NCBI RefSeq assembly: GCF_965641715.1 | Contig: NZ_OZ282453.1 | DNA: 64,000 bases | Reading direction: 5' to 3' (one strand) | From: Escherichia coli | Lineage (GTDB): Bacteria; Pseudomonadota; Gammaproteobacteria; Enterobacterales; Enterobacteriaceae | Shown here: in pieces, positions 33,826 to 50,977 of the stretch | Numbering within the stretch: position 1 is the stretch's first letter | Layout of the letters: every line of letters starts with the position of its first letter | Notes under the pieces: model-generated | Databases searched by the model: none | The model's input: only the letters and a program-made list of their open reading frames with translations | Told to the model about the DNA's origin: nothing | Program-made: the position numbers and the translations under genes

Positions 33826-34515
33826 TTACTCACTCTCTGCCGGTAATACTGGCATCCAGTCAATCGGCGTCTCGCCATGTTGTTCCAGCCACTGATTTGC
33901 CAGCACAAAATGGTTGCAGCCAAAGAATCCACGATGCGCCGAAAGCGGCGACGGATGCGGTGCTTTCAGTACATGATGGCGTTGCTTATCTATAATCGCC
34001 CCTTTCTTTTGCGCATGCGATCCCCACAACAAAAACACCACGCCTTCGCGATGCTGGTTAATCAGGCTGATCACTTTATCGGTGAAGGTTTCCCAGCCGA
34101 GGCTGGCGTGGGAATGCGCCTGACCTGCGCGTACCGTCAACACAGTATTGAGTAGCAGAACGCCCTGACGCGCCCAGCTTTCAAGATAACCATGATTAGG
34201 GCGGGTGAAGCCCGGAATAGTATTTTCCAGCTCTTTATACATATTCAGCAGTGACGGAGGAGTGGCGATTCCGGGGCGAACGGAAAATGCCAGCCCATGC
34301 GCCTGTCCCGGTCCGTGATAAGGATCCTGGCCGAGAATCACCACTTTAACGTCACCCAACTCGGTAAAGCGGAACGCGTTAAAGACATCTTTTTGTGGTG
34401 GATAGATAGTGACGCCGGACTGCCGCTCGCTGGCGACGGTCTGAAGGGTATTAAGAAAATAGGGTTGCTGCTTCTCTTCAGCCAGCACGTCATGCCAGGT
34501 TAATTCGTTAGCCAT
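33826..34515 (-). CDS. ung: Uracil-DNA glycosylase
   Basis: 229 aa, GQDPYH active-site motif. Confidence 0.97.
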   Translation of the reverse strand: MANELTWHDVLAEEKQQPYFLNTLQTVASERQSGVTIYPPQKDVFNAFRFTELGDVKVVILGQDPYHGPGQAHGLAFSVRPGIATPPSLLNMYKELENTIPGFTRPNHGYLESWARQGVLLLNTVLTVRAGQAHSHASLGWETFTDKVISLINQHREGVVFLLWGSHAQKKGAIIDKQRHHVLKAPHPSPLSAHRGFFGCNHFVLANQWLEQHGETPIDWMPVLPAESE

Positions 34516-34698
34516 CTCGCTCTCCTGCGAATCTTCAATCCGCCTAGCTTAACTGCTTCTTTCTACAGAACAAAATCATGCTCATTTTTTAGACTTAAAC
34601 GAGTGCAAAAAAATGTAAATTGGTAAAATTTCACACCCGCATAAGTTGATGTAAAACAATAAAATCCATTTGCGACCACAATCGATGTGTGGTTTTTA

Positions 34699-34712
34699 TT
34701 GATTTAAATCAA
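34699..34712 (+). promoter_or_regulatory. FNR/CRP-type box upstream of grcA
   Basis: TTGAT-TTAA-ATCAA exact palindrome about 120 bp upstream of the grcA ATG. Confidence 0.6.
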
Positions 34713-34819
34713 AGAATCAAGGGTGTTTGAGGAGTATATATACACTCAAGCAACAATGGTTTTACCAATTGGCCGCGACAGGCTGAACAAATCAAATAAT
34801 TTTGCCGGGGAGGCATCAC

Positions 34820-35203
34820 ATGATTACAGGTATCCAGATTACTAAAGCCGCTAACGACGATCTGCTGAACTCTTTCTGGCTGCTGGACAGCGAAAAAGGC
34901 GAAGCACGTTGCATCGTTGCGAAAGCAGGTTTTGCAGAAGACGAAGTGGTTGCAGTAAGCAAACTGGGTGACATTGAGTACCGTGAAGTTCCAGTAGAAG
35001 TGAAACCAGAAGTTCGCGTTGAAGGTGGTCAGCACCTGAACGTTAACGTTCTGCGTCGTGAAACTCTGGAAGATGCAGTTAAGCATCCGGAAAAATATCC
35101 GCAGCTGACCATCCGTGTATCCGGTTATGCAGTTCGCTTTAACTCTCTGACTCCGGAACAGCAGCGCGACGTTATCGCTCGTACCTTTACTGAAAGCCTG
35201 TAA
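34820..35203 (+). CDS. grcA: Glycyl-radical autonomous cofactor GrcA (YfiD)
   Basis: 127 aa from [14 protein letters not shown]; glycyl-radical motif RVSGYAV. Confidence 0.97.
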
Positions 35204-35224
35204 GGCTTAAGTAGCAAGTTACTA

Positions 35225-35256
35225 AGCGGAAGAGGGCGACCTCTTCCGCTTTTTTT
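35225..35256. terminator. Bidirectional terminator between grcA and eamB
   Basis: agcggaagag-ggcgac-ctcttccgct followed by TTTTTTT. Confidence 0.8.
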
Positions 35257-35258
35257 CA

Positions 35259-35846
35259 TTAATAGAAAATGCGTACCGCGCAATAGATCAACAGCAGCGC
35301 CAGCACGATATTTAACTGGCGACCATACTGGCGAAACAATCGCTGAAACAGATGCCCCGCCAGCGCCCAGCACACATTACCAAACGTCCCAATCATTGCC
35401 AGCAAAACGCTGACGCCAACTATCCAGCTTAACGCCTGTGTTTGCGGCAGAACAAATGTCGACAGTGCCGTAACACCGTACAAAATGATTTTGACGTTCA
35501 CAAACTGCAAAGCAAAGCTGGCCCAAAAACTGATTGGTTTTGTCTGAAGCCCGTCTTCCTTTGTTGGACTGGTAGCGATTTTCCACGCCAGCCAGACAAT
35601 ATATGCCGCCCCCGCCCAACTCAACAGATGCACAGCTGCCGGGTCGATAACAGCCAGTGAAAACGAAATGCCCGCACACAGCAACATGACTATTAAAAAT
35701 CCCAGACTCATCCCTGCCAGCACGCGGGTACTCTGACGAAATCCGTGCGTTGTGGCTGAGCTAAGGGCGAGAATATTGTTCGGTCCTGGCGTCATGGCGG
35801 TAATCAGGGTGTAAGTCCAAAAAGCACTTAAAAGGGTCGGTGTCAC
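35259..35846 (-). CDS. eamB: Cysteine/O-acetylserine exporter (LysE family)
   Basis: 195 aa, polytopic membrane protein; synteny. Confidence 0.9.
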   Translation of the reverse strand: MTPTLLSAFWTYTLITAMTPGPNNILALSSATTHGFRQSTRVLAGMSLGFLIVMLLCAGISFSLAVIDPAAVHLLSWAGAAYIVWLAWKIATSPTKEDGLQTKPISFWASFALQFVNVKIILYGVTALSTFVLPQTQALSWIVGVSVLLAMIGTFGNVCWALAGHLFQRLFRQYGRQLNIVLALLLIYCAVRIFY

Positions 35847-35948
35847 TTGTTATCTCCTCTGTTTTGGTAGACAGTACCCGACACGGAACATTTAAAAAAA
35901 TGAATGTTTTTACATTCTAAATTCGATATTTTCGATAGGTTTGGGGTT

Positions 35949-36830
35949 ATGGATCTGCGCCGTTTTATTACGCTTAAAACCGTGGTGGAAGAGGGTTCCT
36001 TTTTGCGAGCTTCGCAAAAATTGTGCTGTACACAATCGACGGTGACTTTTCATATTCAGCAGCTTGAGCAGGAGTTCTCGGTACAGTTATTTGAGAAAAT
36101 TGGCCGACGGATGTGCCTCACTCGCGAAGGTAAAAAGCTGCTGCCGCACATTTATGAACTCACCAGAGTGATGGATACCCTTCGTGAGGCTGCCAAAAAG
36201 GAGTCGGATCCGGACGGGGAACTACGCGTTGTTTCGGGCGAAACGTTGCTCTCTTACCGAATGCCGCAGGTGTTGCAGCGTTTTCGGCAACGCGCCCCAA
36301 AAGTGCGTTTATCGTTGCAGTCTCTGAACTGTTACGTGATCCGTGATGCGCTATTGAATGATGAGGCCGATGTCGGGGTTTTTTATCGCGTAGGGAATGA
36401 TGATGCCCTGAACCGACGAGAATTGGGTGAGCAATCGCTGGTGCTGGTAGCTTCACCGCAAATTGCAGATGTCGATTTGACTGAGCCGGGAAGACATAAC
36501 GCCTGTAGCTTTATTATCAACGAACCGCAATGTGTATTCCGGCAGATATTTGAGAGCACGCTGCGCCAGCGGCGGATCACGGTGGAAAATACCATTGAGC
36601 TGTTAAGCATTGAAAGTATCAAACGTTGTGTCGCGGCGAATATCGGTGTCAGTTACTTGCCCCGCTTTGCGGTGGAAAAAGAGCTTGAGAGCGGAGAATT
36701 AATTGAATTGCCTTTTGGCGAACACTCGCAGACCATTACGGCAATGTGCGCTCACCATGCCGGAAAAGCGGTTAGCCCGGCGATGCAAACTTTTATTCAG
36801 TGTGTTGAAGATTGTTTTTTGCCGGGATAA
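35949..36830 (+). CDS. yfiE: LysR-family transcriptional regulator YfiE
   Basis: 293 aa from MDLRRFITLKTVVEEGSF; N-terminal HTH, divergent from eamB. Confidence 0.9.
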   Translation: MDLRRFITLKTVVEEGSFLRASQKLCCTQSTVTFHIQQLEQEFSVQLFEKIGRRMCLTREGKKLLPHIYELTRVMDTLREAAKKESDPDGELRVVSGETLLSYRMPQVLQRFRQRAPKVRLSLQSLNCYVIRDALLNDEADVGVFYRVGNDDALNRRELGEQSLVLVASPQIADVDLTEPGRHNACSFIINEPQCVFRQIFESTLRQRRITVENTIELLSIESIKRCVAANIGVSYLPRFAVEKELESGELIELPFGEHSQTITAMCAHHAGKAVSPAMQTFIQCVEDCFLPG

Positions 36831-36835
36831 AAATA

Positions 36836-36857
36836 ATGCCGGGCTTAAACCCGGCAT
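36836..36857. terminator. Bidirectional terminator between yfiE and srmB
   Basis: atgccggg-cttaaa-cccggcat hairpin. Confidence 0.6.
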
Positions 36858-36862
36858 TGAGA

Positions 36863-38197
36863 TTACTCTTCTGTCGTTTGCGGTGGCACGCCCGTTCCGC
36901 TTGGTTTACGGCGCTTACCAATATTTTTGGTATCGCGATGGCGTTTTTTCACCCGCGGCTTCTCTTTCTCTTTAGCTTTTTTCTTCTCGGCGCGTTTTGC
37001 CAGTACTTTCTTCGATGGCTTGCCGGTCTGCTTCTCGCTTGGCGCACGCGTTTTCGGGCGTAACTCATCAATCACGCGAGCTTTAATTGGCTCTTCAATA
37101 TAGCGACCAACTTTGCCCAGCAGCAGATGGTCATGGGCTTCTACCAGCGAAATTGCGGTGCCTTTACGACCGGCGCGCGCGGTACGTCCGATACGGTGCA
37201 AATAAGTATCGCCACTGCGCGGCATATCGAAGTTAAAGACGTGGCTGACGTCAGGAATGTCGATACCGCGCGCGGCAACATCGGTTGCAACCAGTACGTT
37301 TACGCGACCTTCGGTCAAACGCTTGATCGCTTCGTTACGCTTGCCTTGTACCATCTCACCTTCGAGATAGCAGTTGTTGATGCCCGCTTCGCGCAGCCAG
37401 TTTGCCAGCTCATGCACACGTTCACGCTTACGCACAAACACAATTGAGCGGGTCGCTTCCGGCTGTTTTAACAGATGCACCAGCAACGCGGTTTTATGCT
37501 CAAGATCATCGGCGCGGTAATACCACTGATGAATTTTTTTGCGCTCACGAGTGGAAGGATTAGCAGAAACTTCCACCGGATCTTCCAGCAGACGCTCGGC
37601 AAAGTCTTGAATCGCATCGCCTTCCAGCGTTGCCGAAAAGAGCAGGGTCTGTTTACGCCAGCGCGTTTCGCCAGCAATATGTTCAATATCCTGGGCGAAG
37701 CCCATATCCAGCATACGGTCTGCTTCGTCGAGGATCAGCGTTTCAACCGCGCGGCAATCGAAGTTCTCTTCTTTTATGTATTGCAGCAGACGTCCGGTCG
37801 TGGCGACCACGATGTCCTGATTTTCGCTGAACACTTCCGCGTGGTTCATATAGGCTACGCCGCCGGTGATGGTGGCGATATCCAGATGCGTATGTTTCGC
37901 CAGTTCGCGGGCATGATCGGCCACCTGCATCGCCAGCTCGCGAGTTGGGGTGAGGATCAAAATACGCGGCGGACCGGATTTCTTACGCGGGAAATCGAGC
38001 AGGTGCTGCAACGCTGGCAGCAGATACGCCGCCGTTTTACCGGTGCCTGTCGGCGCAGAACCGAGTACATCACGGCCATCGAGCGCAGGCGGAATGGCGG
38101 CAGCCTGAATGGCGGTCGGGCGAGTGAAACCTTTATCCTGGAGGGCTTCCAGCAGGCTTTCGTCGAGTTCAAGTTCGGAAAAAGTCGTTACAGTCAT
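36863..38197 (-). CDS. srmB: DEAD-box ATP-dependent RNA helicase SrmB
   Basis: 444 aa with [10 protein letters not shown] and DEAD motifs and a basic C-terminal tail. Confidence 0.96.
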   Translation of the reverse strand: MTVTTFSELELDESLLEALQDKGFTRPTAIQAAAIPPALDGRDVLGSAPTGTGKTAAYLLPALQHLLDFPRKKSGPPRILILTPTRELAMQVADHARELAKHTHLDIATITGGVAYMNHAEVFSENQDIVVATTGRLLQYIKEENFDCRAVETLILDEADRMLDMGFAQDIEHIAGETRWRKQTLLFSATLEGDAIQDFAERLLEDPVEVSANPSTRERKKIHQWYYRADDLEHKTALLVHLLKQPEATRSIVFVRKRERVHELANWLREAGINNCYLEGEMVQGKRNEAIKRLTEGRVNVLVATDVAARGIDIPDVSHVFNFDMPRSGDTYLHRIGRTARAGRKGTAISLVEAHDHLLLGKVGRYIEEPIKARVIDELRPKTRAPSEKQTGKPSKKVLAKRAEKKKAKEKEKPRVKKRHRDTKNIGKRRKPSGTGVPPQTTEE

Positions 38198-38328
38198 GTT
38201 CTACCTCTGTGTGGGGCGCTGATTATAGACGTTACGGCTGCAATCTTCATCTGTTTGTATGGATATCGCTTCTCGGGTATTGTTCTCACCCGGTGCTATC
38301 GCCGTTTTTCCTGCAAGGTTTTATTTTC

Positions 38329-40682
<2,354 letters not shown>

Positions 40683-40970
40683 TTAATTTACTAAACACGG
40701 TTTGGTCAGCATAGCATCATGTTGTGCGAATAAACACCTGCTATTTTAATATTTGTTACAGTGGCTAAACACGCTGACGCAGGGCGGCGAGAAAAAGAGA
40801 AGTTACTGGCTGGTGGAGGATTAGGTGGTGAAATAAAAAGGCCGTTGGGTTACTCTTCAGGCAGTTAAATGGGCATTTCTACACAGATAATGCGATGTTC
40901 AGATTCTGTAGACTTATAATGATAGATAATGATCCGTCTACAGCATGACAAACAAAAACAGATGCGTTAC

Positions 40971-40998
40971 GGAACTTTACAAAAACGAGACACTCTAA
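40971..40998 (+). promoter_or_regulatory. Sigma-E dependent promoter of rpoE (P2)
   Basis: GGAACTT, 16 nt spacer, TCTAA, about 85 bp upstream of the rpoE ATG. Confidence 0.75.
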
Positions 40999-41080
40999 CC
41001 CTTTGCTTGCTCAAATTGCAGCTAATGGAGTGGCGTTTCGATAGCGCGTGGAAATTTGGTTTGGGGAGACTTTACCTCGG

Positions 41081-41656
41081 ATGAGCGAGCAGTTAACGGA
41101 CCAGGTCCTGGTTGAACGGGTCCAGAAGGGAGATCAGAAAGCCTTTAACTTACTGGTAGTGCGCTATCAGCATAAAGTGGCGAGTCTGGTTTCCCGCTAT
41201 GTGCCGTCGGGTGATGTTCCCGATGTGGTACAAGAAGCTTTTATTAAAGCCTATCGTGCGCTGGATTCGTTCCGGGGAGATAGCGCTTTTTATACATGGC
41301 TGTATCGGATTGCTGTAAATACAGCGAAAAATTACCTGGTTGCTCAGGGGCGTCGTCCACCTTCCAGTGATGTGGATGCCATTGAAGCTGAAAACTTCGA
41401 AAGTGGCGGCGCGTTGAAAGAAATTTCGAACCCTGAGAACTTAATGTTGTCAGAAGAACTGAGACAGATAGTTTTCCGAACTATTGAGTCCCTCCCGGAA
41501 GATTTACGCATGGCAATAACCTTGCGGGAGCTGGATGGCCTGAGCTATGAAGAGATAGCCGCTATCATGGATTGTCCGGTAGGTACGGTGCGTTCACGTA
41601 TCTTCCGAGCGAGGGAAGCTATTGATAACAAAGTTCAACCGCTTATCAGGCGTTGA
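41081..41656 (+). CDS. rpoE: RNA polymerase sigma-E (sigma-24)
   Basis: 191 aa from MSEQLTDQVLVERVQKGDQKAFNLL. Confidence 0.98.
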   Translation: MSEQLTDQVLVERVQKGDQKAFNLLVVRYQHKVASLVSRYVPSGDVPDVVQEAFIKAYRALDSFRGDSAFYTWLYRIAVNTAKNYLVAQGRRPPSSDVDAIEAENFESGGALKEISNPENLMLSEELRQIVFRTIESLPEDLRMAITLRELDGLSYEEIAAIMDCPVGTVRSRIFRAREAIDNKVQPLIRR

Positions 41657-41688
41657 CGATAGCGGGATACTGGATAAGGGTATTAGGC

Positions 41689-42339
41689 ATGCAGAAAGAA
41701 CAACTTTCCGCTTTAATGGATGGCGAAACGCTGGATAGTGAGCTGCTTAACGAACTGGCTCATAACCCAGAAATGCAGAAAACCTGGGAAAGCTATCACT
41801 TAATCCGTGACTCAATGCGGGGTGATACTCCCGAGGTGCTCCATTTCGATATCTCTTCACGCGTGATGGCCGCCATTGAAGAAGAGCCAGTACGTCAACC
41901 GGCGACATTGATCCCGGAAGCCCAGCCTGCGCCGCATCAATGGCAGAAAATGCCATTCTGGCAGAAAGTACGTCCGTGGGCGGCACAGCTTACCCAAATG
42001 GGCGTAGCCGCATGCGTATCGCTTGCAGTTATCGTTGGCGTCCAGCACTATAATGGACAATCTGAAACGTCCCAGCAGCCCGAAACACCGGTATTTAATA
42101 CACTGCCGATGATGGGTAAAGCCAGCCCGGTTAGCCTGGGAGTACCTTCTGAAGCGACCGCAAATAATGGTCAACAGCAGCAGGTACAGGAGCAGCGTCG
42201 TCGCATTAATGCAATGTTGCAGGATTACGAACTGCAACGCCGACTCCACTCTGAACAGCTTCAGTTTGAGCAGGCGCAAACCCAGCAAGCCGCTGTACAG
42301 GTGCCAGGAATTCAAACTTTAGGAACGCAATCGCAGTAA
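41689..42339 (+). CDS. rseA: Anti-sigma-E factor RseA
   Basis: 216 aa from MQKEQLSALMDGE, single transmembrane segment, Gln-rich C-terminus. Confidence 0.97.
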   Translation: MQKEQLSALMDGETLDSELLNELAHNPEMQKTWESYHLIRDSMRGDTPEVLHFDISSRVMAAIEEEPVRQPATLIPEAQPAPHQWQKMPFWQKVRPWAAQLTQMGVAACVSLAVIVGVQHYNGQSETSQQPETPVFNTLPMMGKASPVSLGVPSEATANNGQQQQVQEQRRRINAMLQDYELQRRLHSEQLQFEQAQTQQAAVQVPGIQTLGTQSQ

Positions 42340-43295
42340 TGAAGCAACTTTGGTTTGCCATGTCATTAGTGACAGGTAGCCTGTTATTCTCTGCTAACGC
42401 CTCGGCCACTCCCGCGTCCGGGGCGTTATTACAGCAGATGAACCTGGCCAGTCAGTCACTGAATTACGAGCTGTCATTCATCAGCATCAATAAACAGGGT
42501 GTTGAGTCTCTGCGTTATCGACATGCACGCCTCGATAACCGTCCTCTTGCACAATTGTTGCAAATGGATGGCCCGCGCCGGGAAGTGGTACAGCGCGGCA
42601 ATGAAATCAGCTATTTTGAACCGGGCCTTGAACCGTTTACTCTTAATGGCGATTACATTGTTGATTCTCTGCCATCGCTCATCTATACCGATTTCAAACG
42701 CCTTTCTCCTTACTACGACTTTATCTCCGTCGGGCGCACGCGTATTGCTGATCGTCTTTGTGAAGTTATTCGCGTGGTTGCTCGTGATGGCACACGCTAC
42801 AGCTACATCGTGTGGATGGACACCGAATCGAAATTACCGATGCGGGTTGATCTTCTTGATCGCGATGGTGAAACGCTGGAACAATTTCGCGTGATTGCTT
42901 TTAACGTCAATCAGGATATCAGCAGCAGTATGCAGACGCTGGCGAAGGCAAATTTGCCGCCGTTGCTTTCTGTTCCTGTAGGTGAAAAAGCTAAATTCAG
43001 CTGGACGCCAACCTGGTTGCCACAGGGTTTTAGCGAAGTTTCCAGTAGTCGACGTCCGCTACCGACGATGGACAACATGCCTATCGAATCACGTCTCTAT
43101 TCCGACGGATTATTCAGCTTCTCGGTAAACGTTAACCGCGCTACGCCATCGAGCACCGATCAGATGTTGCGCACCGGACGCAGAACCGTCAGTACAAGCG
43201 TACGTGATAACGCCGAAATCACCATTGTCGGTGAACTGCCGCCGCAAACGGCGAAACGCATTGCCGAGAATATTAAGTTCGGGGCAGCGCAATGA
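42339..43295 (+). CDS. rseB: Sigma-E regulatory protein RseB
   Basis: 318 aa with signal peptide; operon position. Confidence 0.96.
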   Translation: MKQLWFAMSLVTGSLLFSANASATPASGALLQQMNLASQSLNYELSFISINKQGVESLRYRHARLDNRPLAQLLQMDGPRREVVQRGNEISYFEPGLEPFTLNGDYIVDSLPSLIYTDFKRLSPYYDFISVGRTRIADRLCEVIRVVARDGTRYSYIVWMDTESKLPMRVDLLDRDGETLEQFRVIAFNVNQDISSSMQTLAKANLPPLLSVPVGEKAKFSWTPTWLPQGFSEVSSSRRPLPTMDNMPIESRLYSDGLFSFSVNVNRATPSSTDQMLRTGRRTVSTSVRDNAEITIVGELPPQTAKRIAENIKFGAAQ

Positions 43296-43771
43296 TCAAA
43301 GAGTGGGCTACCGTCGTCTCCTGGCAAAACGGGCAGGCGCTGGTCAGTTGTGATGTTAAAGCCTCATGCAGCAGCTGCGCTTCACGCGCCGGTTGCGGTA
43401 GCCGCGTGTTGAATAAACTTGGCCCGCAAACCACGCATACCATTGTCGTACCCTGTGATGAGCCGTTAGTGCCGGGGCAAAAAGTGGAATTGGGGATCGC
43501 CGAAGGCAGCCTGCTTAGCTCCGCATTACTGGTTTATATGTCGCCGCTGGTGGGATTACTCCTCATCGCTTCGCTATTTCAGCTACTCTTTGCTTCTGAC
43601 GTCGCAGCATTATGTGGTGCGGTCCTCGGCGGTATTGGCGGGTTCCTGATTGCTCGCGGCTACTCGCGTAAGTTTGCTGCCCGGGCAGAATGGCAACCGA
43701 TCATATTAAGCGTGGCATTGCCGCCTGGCCTTGTGCGATTTGAAACATCTTCGGAAGACGCGAGCCAGTGA
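43292..43771 (+). CDS. rseC: RseC/SoxR-reducing system membrane protein
   Basis: 159 aa, Cys-rich N-terminus and two transmembrane segments; overlaps rseB stop. Confidence 0.95.
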   Translation: MIKEWATVVSWQNGQALVSCDVKASCSSCASRAGCGSRVLNKLGPQTTHTIVVPCDEPLVPGQKVELGIAEGSLLSSALLVYMSPLVGLLLIASLFQLLFASDVAALCGAVLGGIGGFLIARGYSRKFAARAEWQPIILSVALPPGLVRFETSSEDASQ

Positions 43772-43968
43772 TTTCACTGGCTTTGTTGCATTTTGCATAA
43801 CAAATGCGAGGACGTTTCCAGATACCACAATCCATACGGTATGAACATTTCCTCGCCTCAATGTTGTAGTGTAGAATGCGGCGTTTCTATTAATACAGAC
43901 GTTAAGCTCAGAACAGCGACTTCTAAAAGCCTGGTTAACCGGGCATTAAGGCACAATAATCATACTTT

Positions 43969-45768
<1,800 letters not shown>

Positions 45769-45783
45769 CCCTTAGGAGTTGGC

Positions 45784-46758
45784 ATGGCGAATATGTTTGC
45801 CCTGATTCTGGTGATTGCCACACTGGTGACGGGCATTTTATGGTGCGTGGATAAATTCTTTTTCGCACCTAAACGGCGGGAACGTCAGGCAGCGGCGCAG
45901 GCGGCTGCCGGTGACTCACTGGATAAAGCAACGTTGAAAAAGGTTGCGCCGAAGCCTGGCTGGCTGGAAACCGGTGCTTCTGTTTTTCCGGTACTGGCTA
46001 TCGTATTGATTGTGCGTTCGTTTATTTATGAACCGTTCCAGATTCCGTCAGGTTCGATGATGCCGACTCTGTTAATCGGTGATTTTATTCTGGTAGAGAA
46101 GTTTGCTTATGGCATTAAAGATCCTATCTACCAGAAAACGCTGATCGAAACCGGTCATCCGAAACGCGGCGATATCGTGGTCTTTAAATATCCGGAAGAT
46201 CCAAAGCTTGATTACATCAAGCGCGCGGTGGGTTTACCGGGCGATAAAGTCACTTACGATCCGGTCTCAAAAGAGCTGACGATTCAACCGGGATGCAGTT
46301 CCGGCCAGGCGTGTGAAAACGCGCTGCCGGTCACCTACTCAAACGTGGAACCGAGCGATTTCGTTCAGACCTTCTCACGCCGTAATGGTGGGGAAGCGAC
46401 CAGCGGATTCTTTGAAGTGCCGAAAAACGAAACCAAAGAAAATGGAATTCGTCTTTCCGAGCGTAAAGAGACACTGGGTGATGTGACGCACCGCATTCTG
46501 ACAGTGCCGATTGCGCAGGATCAGGTGGGGATGTATTACCAGCAGCCAGGGCAACAACTGGCAACCTGGATTGTTCCTCCGGGACAATACTTCATGATGG
46601 GCGACAACCGCGACAACAGCGCGGACAGCCGTTATTGGGGCTTTGTGCCTGAAGCGAATCTGGTCGGTCGGGCAACGGCTATCTGGATGAGCTTCGATAA
46701 GCAAGAAGGCGAATGGCCGACAGGTGTGCGCTTAAGTCGCATTGGCGGCATCCATTAA
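45784..46758 (+). CDS. lepB: Signal peptidase I
   Basis: 324 aa, catalytic Ser box SGSMMPTL and Lys box. Confidence 0.98.
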   Translation: MANMFALILVIATLVTGILWCVDKFFFAPKRRERQAAAQAAAGDSLDKATLKKVAPKPGWLETGASVFPVLAIVLIVRSFIYEPFQIPSGSMMPTLLIGDFILVEKFAYGIKDPIYQKTLIETGHPKRGDIVVFKYPEDPKLDYIKRAVGLPGDKVTYDPVSKELTIQPGCSSGQACENALPVTYSNVEPSDFVQTFSRRNGGEATSGFFEVPKNETKENGIRLSERKETLGDVTHRILTVPIAQDQVGMYYQQPGQQLATWIVPPGQYFMMGDNRDNSADSRYWGFVPEANLVGRATAIWMSFDKQEGEWPTGVRLSRIGGIH

Positions 46759-46773
46759 TAGCTCATCTTCGTT

Positions 46774-46802
46774 CACGTTGTCGCCGTTATGGCGACAACG
46801 TG
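46774..46802 (+). terminator. Hairpin downstream of lepB
   Basis: Perfect 12-bp stem cacgttgtcgcc / ggcgacaacgtg with a 5-nt loop. Confidence 0.6.
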
Positions 46803-46903
46803 AATTATTTATGAGATAAATCTCCCGTGGCTAACGACATCCCCCGTCGTTGTGTATAGAATATTCCCCCGAAGTTTAAGGTTGGCACCTCCAGGTTGCC
46901 ACG

Positions 46904-46997
46904 GCACACGAAACAGCGTTGGTCCCCATATACCGCTAAACTGAAACTGCAGCGAAGCAGTTAGCAGAGCCATGTATATCAGGTCTGTTTCGTGTGC
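46904..46997 (+). promoter_or_regulatory. rnc leader long-range stem (RNase III autoregulatory processing site)
   Basis: gcacacgaaacag (46904-46916) pairs with ctgtttcgtgtgc (46985-46997), just upstream of the rnc start. Confidence 0.6.
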
Positions 46998-47000
46998 TGA

Positions 47001-48613
<1,613 letters not shown>

Positions 48614-48624
48614 GAGTAACTCCG

Positions 48625-49353
48625 ATGGAAGGCTGGCAGCGCGCATTTGTCCTGCATAGTCGCCCGTGGAGCGAAACCAGCCTGATGCTGGACGTCTTCA
48701 CGGAGGAATCGGGTCGCGTGCGTCTGGTTGCCAAAGGCGCACGCTCTAAACGCTCTACCCTGAAAGGTGCATTACAGCCTTTCACCCCTCTCTTGCTACG
48801 TTTTGGCGGGCGTGGCGAAGTCAAAACGCTGCGCAGTGCTGAAGCTGTCTCGCTGGCGCTGCCATTAAGCGGTATCACGCTTTACAGCGGTCTGTACATC
48901 AACGAACTTCTCTCCCGCGTACTGGAATACGAGACGCGCTTCTCTGAACTCTTTTTCGATTACTTGCACTGCATTCAGTCTCTTGCAGGGGTCACTGGTA
49001 CGCCAGAACCCGCGCTGCGCCGCTTTGAACTGGCACTGCTCGGGCATCTGGGTTATGGCGTCAATTTTACCCATTGTGCGGGTAGCGGCGAGCCGGTAGA
49101 TGACACCATGACGTATCGTTATCGCGAAGAAAAAGGGTTTATCGCAAGCGTCGTTATCGACAATAAAACGTTCACCGGAAGGCAGTTAAAAGCGTTAAAC
49201 GCACGGGAATTTCCTGACGCAGACACACTGCGCGCCGCGAAACGCTTTACCCGCATGGCGCTTAAGCCGTATCTTGGCGGTAAACCTTTAAAGAGCAGGG
49301 AACTGTTCCGGCAATTTATGCCTAAGCGAACGGTGAAAACACATTATGAATGA
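48625..49353 (+). CDS. recO: DNA repair protein RecO
   Basis: 242 aa; operon position after era. Confidence 0.96.
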   Translation: MEGWQRAFVLHSRPWSETSLMLDVFTEESGRVRLVAKGARSKRSTLKGALQPFTPLLLRFGGRGEVKTLRSAEAVSLALPLSGITLYSGLYINELLSRVLEYETRFSELFFDYLHCIQSLAGVTGTPEPALRRFELALLGHLGYGVNFTHCAGSGEPVDDTMTYRYREEKGFIASVVIDNKTFTGRQLKALNAREFPDADTLRAAKRFTRMALKPYLGGKPLKSRELFRQFMPKRTVKTHYE

Positions 49354-49364
49354 TGAGGATTGTC

Positions 49365-50096
49365 ATGGCTGAATTACTGTTAGGCGTCAACATTGACCAT
49401 ATCGCTACGCTGCGCAACGCGCGCGGTACCGCTTACCCGGATCCGGTGCAGGCCGCGTTTATTGCCGAGCAGGCGGGGGCGGACGGCATTACCGTGCATT
49501 TACGTGAAGATCGCCGCCACATTACTGACCGCGATGTGCGCATCCTGCGTCAGACGCTGGATACCCGCATGAATCTGGAGATGGCGGTGACCGAAGAGAT
49601 GCTGGCGATCGCGGTTGAGACGAAGCCGCATTTTTGCTGCCTGGTACCAGAAAAGCGTCAGGAAGTAACAACCGAAGGCGGCCTGGACGTTGCAGGGCAG
49701 CGTGAAAAAATGCGCAATGCCTGCAAACGTCTGGCGGATGCCGGGATTCAGGTTTCTCTGTTTATCGACGCCGATGAAGAGCAGATCAAAGCTGCGGCAG
49801 AGGTTGGCGCACCGTTTATCGAGATCCACACCGGTTGCTATGCTGATGCCAAAACTGACGCCGAACAGGCGCAAGAGCTGGCGCGTATCGCCAAAGCCGC
49901 GACCTTTGCCGCTAGTCTCGGTTTGAAAGTTAACGCCGGACACGGTCTGACCTATCACAACGTAAAAGCCATTGCCGCCATCCCTGAGATGCACGAACTG
50001 AATATCGGTCATGCCATTATTGGTCGTGCAGTGATGACCGGACTGAAAGATGCGGTGGCAGAAATGAAGCGCCTGATGCTGGAAGCGCGTGGCTAA
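49365..50096 (+). CDS. pdxJ: Pyridoxine 5'-phosphate synthase
   Basis: 243 aa from [21 protein letters not shown]. Confidence 0.97.
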
Positions 50097-50476
50097 TGGC
50101 AATATTAGGTTTAGGCACGGATATCGTCGAGATCGCTCGCATAGAAGCAGTGATCGCCCGATCCGGTGAGCGCCTGGCACGCCGCGTATTAAGCGATAAC
50201 GAATGGGAAATTTGGAAAACGCACCACCAGCCGGTGCGTTTTCTGGCGAAACGCTTTGCCGTAAAAGAAGCCGCAGCAAAAGCGTTTGGCACCGGGATCC
50301 GCAATGGTCTGGCGTTTAATCAGTTTGAAGTATTTAACGATGAGCTTGGTAAGCCACGGCTGCGACTGTGGGGCGAGGCATTAAAACTGGCGGAAAAGCT
50401 GGGCGTTGCAAATATGCATGTGACGCTGGCCGATGAGCGCCACTATGCTTGCGCCACGGTAATTATTGAAAGTTAA
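50096..50476 (+). CDS. acpS: Holo-ACP synthase (4'-phosphopantetheinyl transferase)
   Basis: 126 aa [16 protein letters not shown]...; overlaps pdxJ stop. Confidence 0.97.
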
Positions 50477-50896
50477 AAATAATACCGTTCTCTTTAAAAA
50501 GTAAAACCCCCGAACTGGTAAGGAACGGGGGTTTTACTTTGTAACTTTAATTTAGTGCAGCACGCACCCTCAACAACAGCGATTATGGATCAGGGTAGTT
50601 ATCTTTTACAAGCAACTTGCAATCTTTATCATAAAAACTCGAGCCTTTACGAAGAAAGCGATATTGATGGCAAGATTAACGTGACCGCCAATTCGTAAGT
50701 ACATTAAAATTGGTTTCGTTATTGGCGATTTTGCTGTGCTTTACACCATGCCACAGAATTCCCCCATTGAAACGAGTGGTGTCGTCAAAGCTCTGGTGTG
50801 GAGTGCAGCATGCACCCTCAATAACTCGCACGTTCAGTTTTGGGGAGATGTAAGGGCTAATCTGAACGGCTGCATTCCTTGTTTAAGGAAAAACGA

Positions 50897-50977
50897 ATGA
50901 CTGATTGCCGATACCTTATTAAACGGGCCATCAAAATCATCATTGCTGTTTTACAGCTGATCCTTCTGTTCTTATAA
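50897..50977 (+). CDS. shoB: ShoB small toxic membrane peptide (type I toxin)
   Basis: 26 aa MTDCRYLIKRAIKIIIAVLQLILLFL, AAGGAAAAACGA upstream. Below the ORF-track size cutoff. Confidence 0.8.
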   Translation: MTDCRYLIKRAIKIIIAVLQLILLFL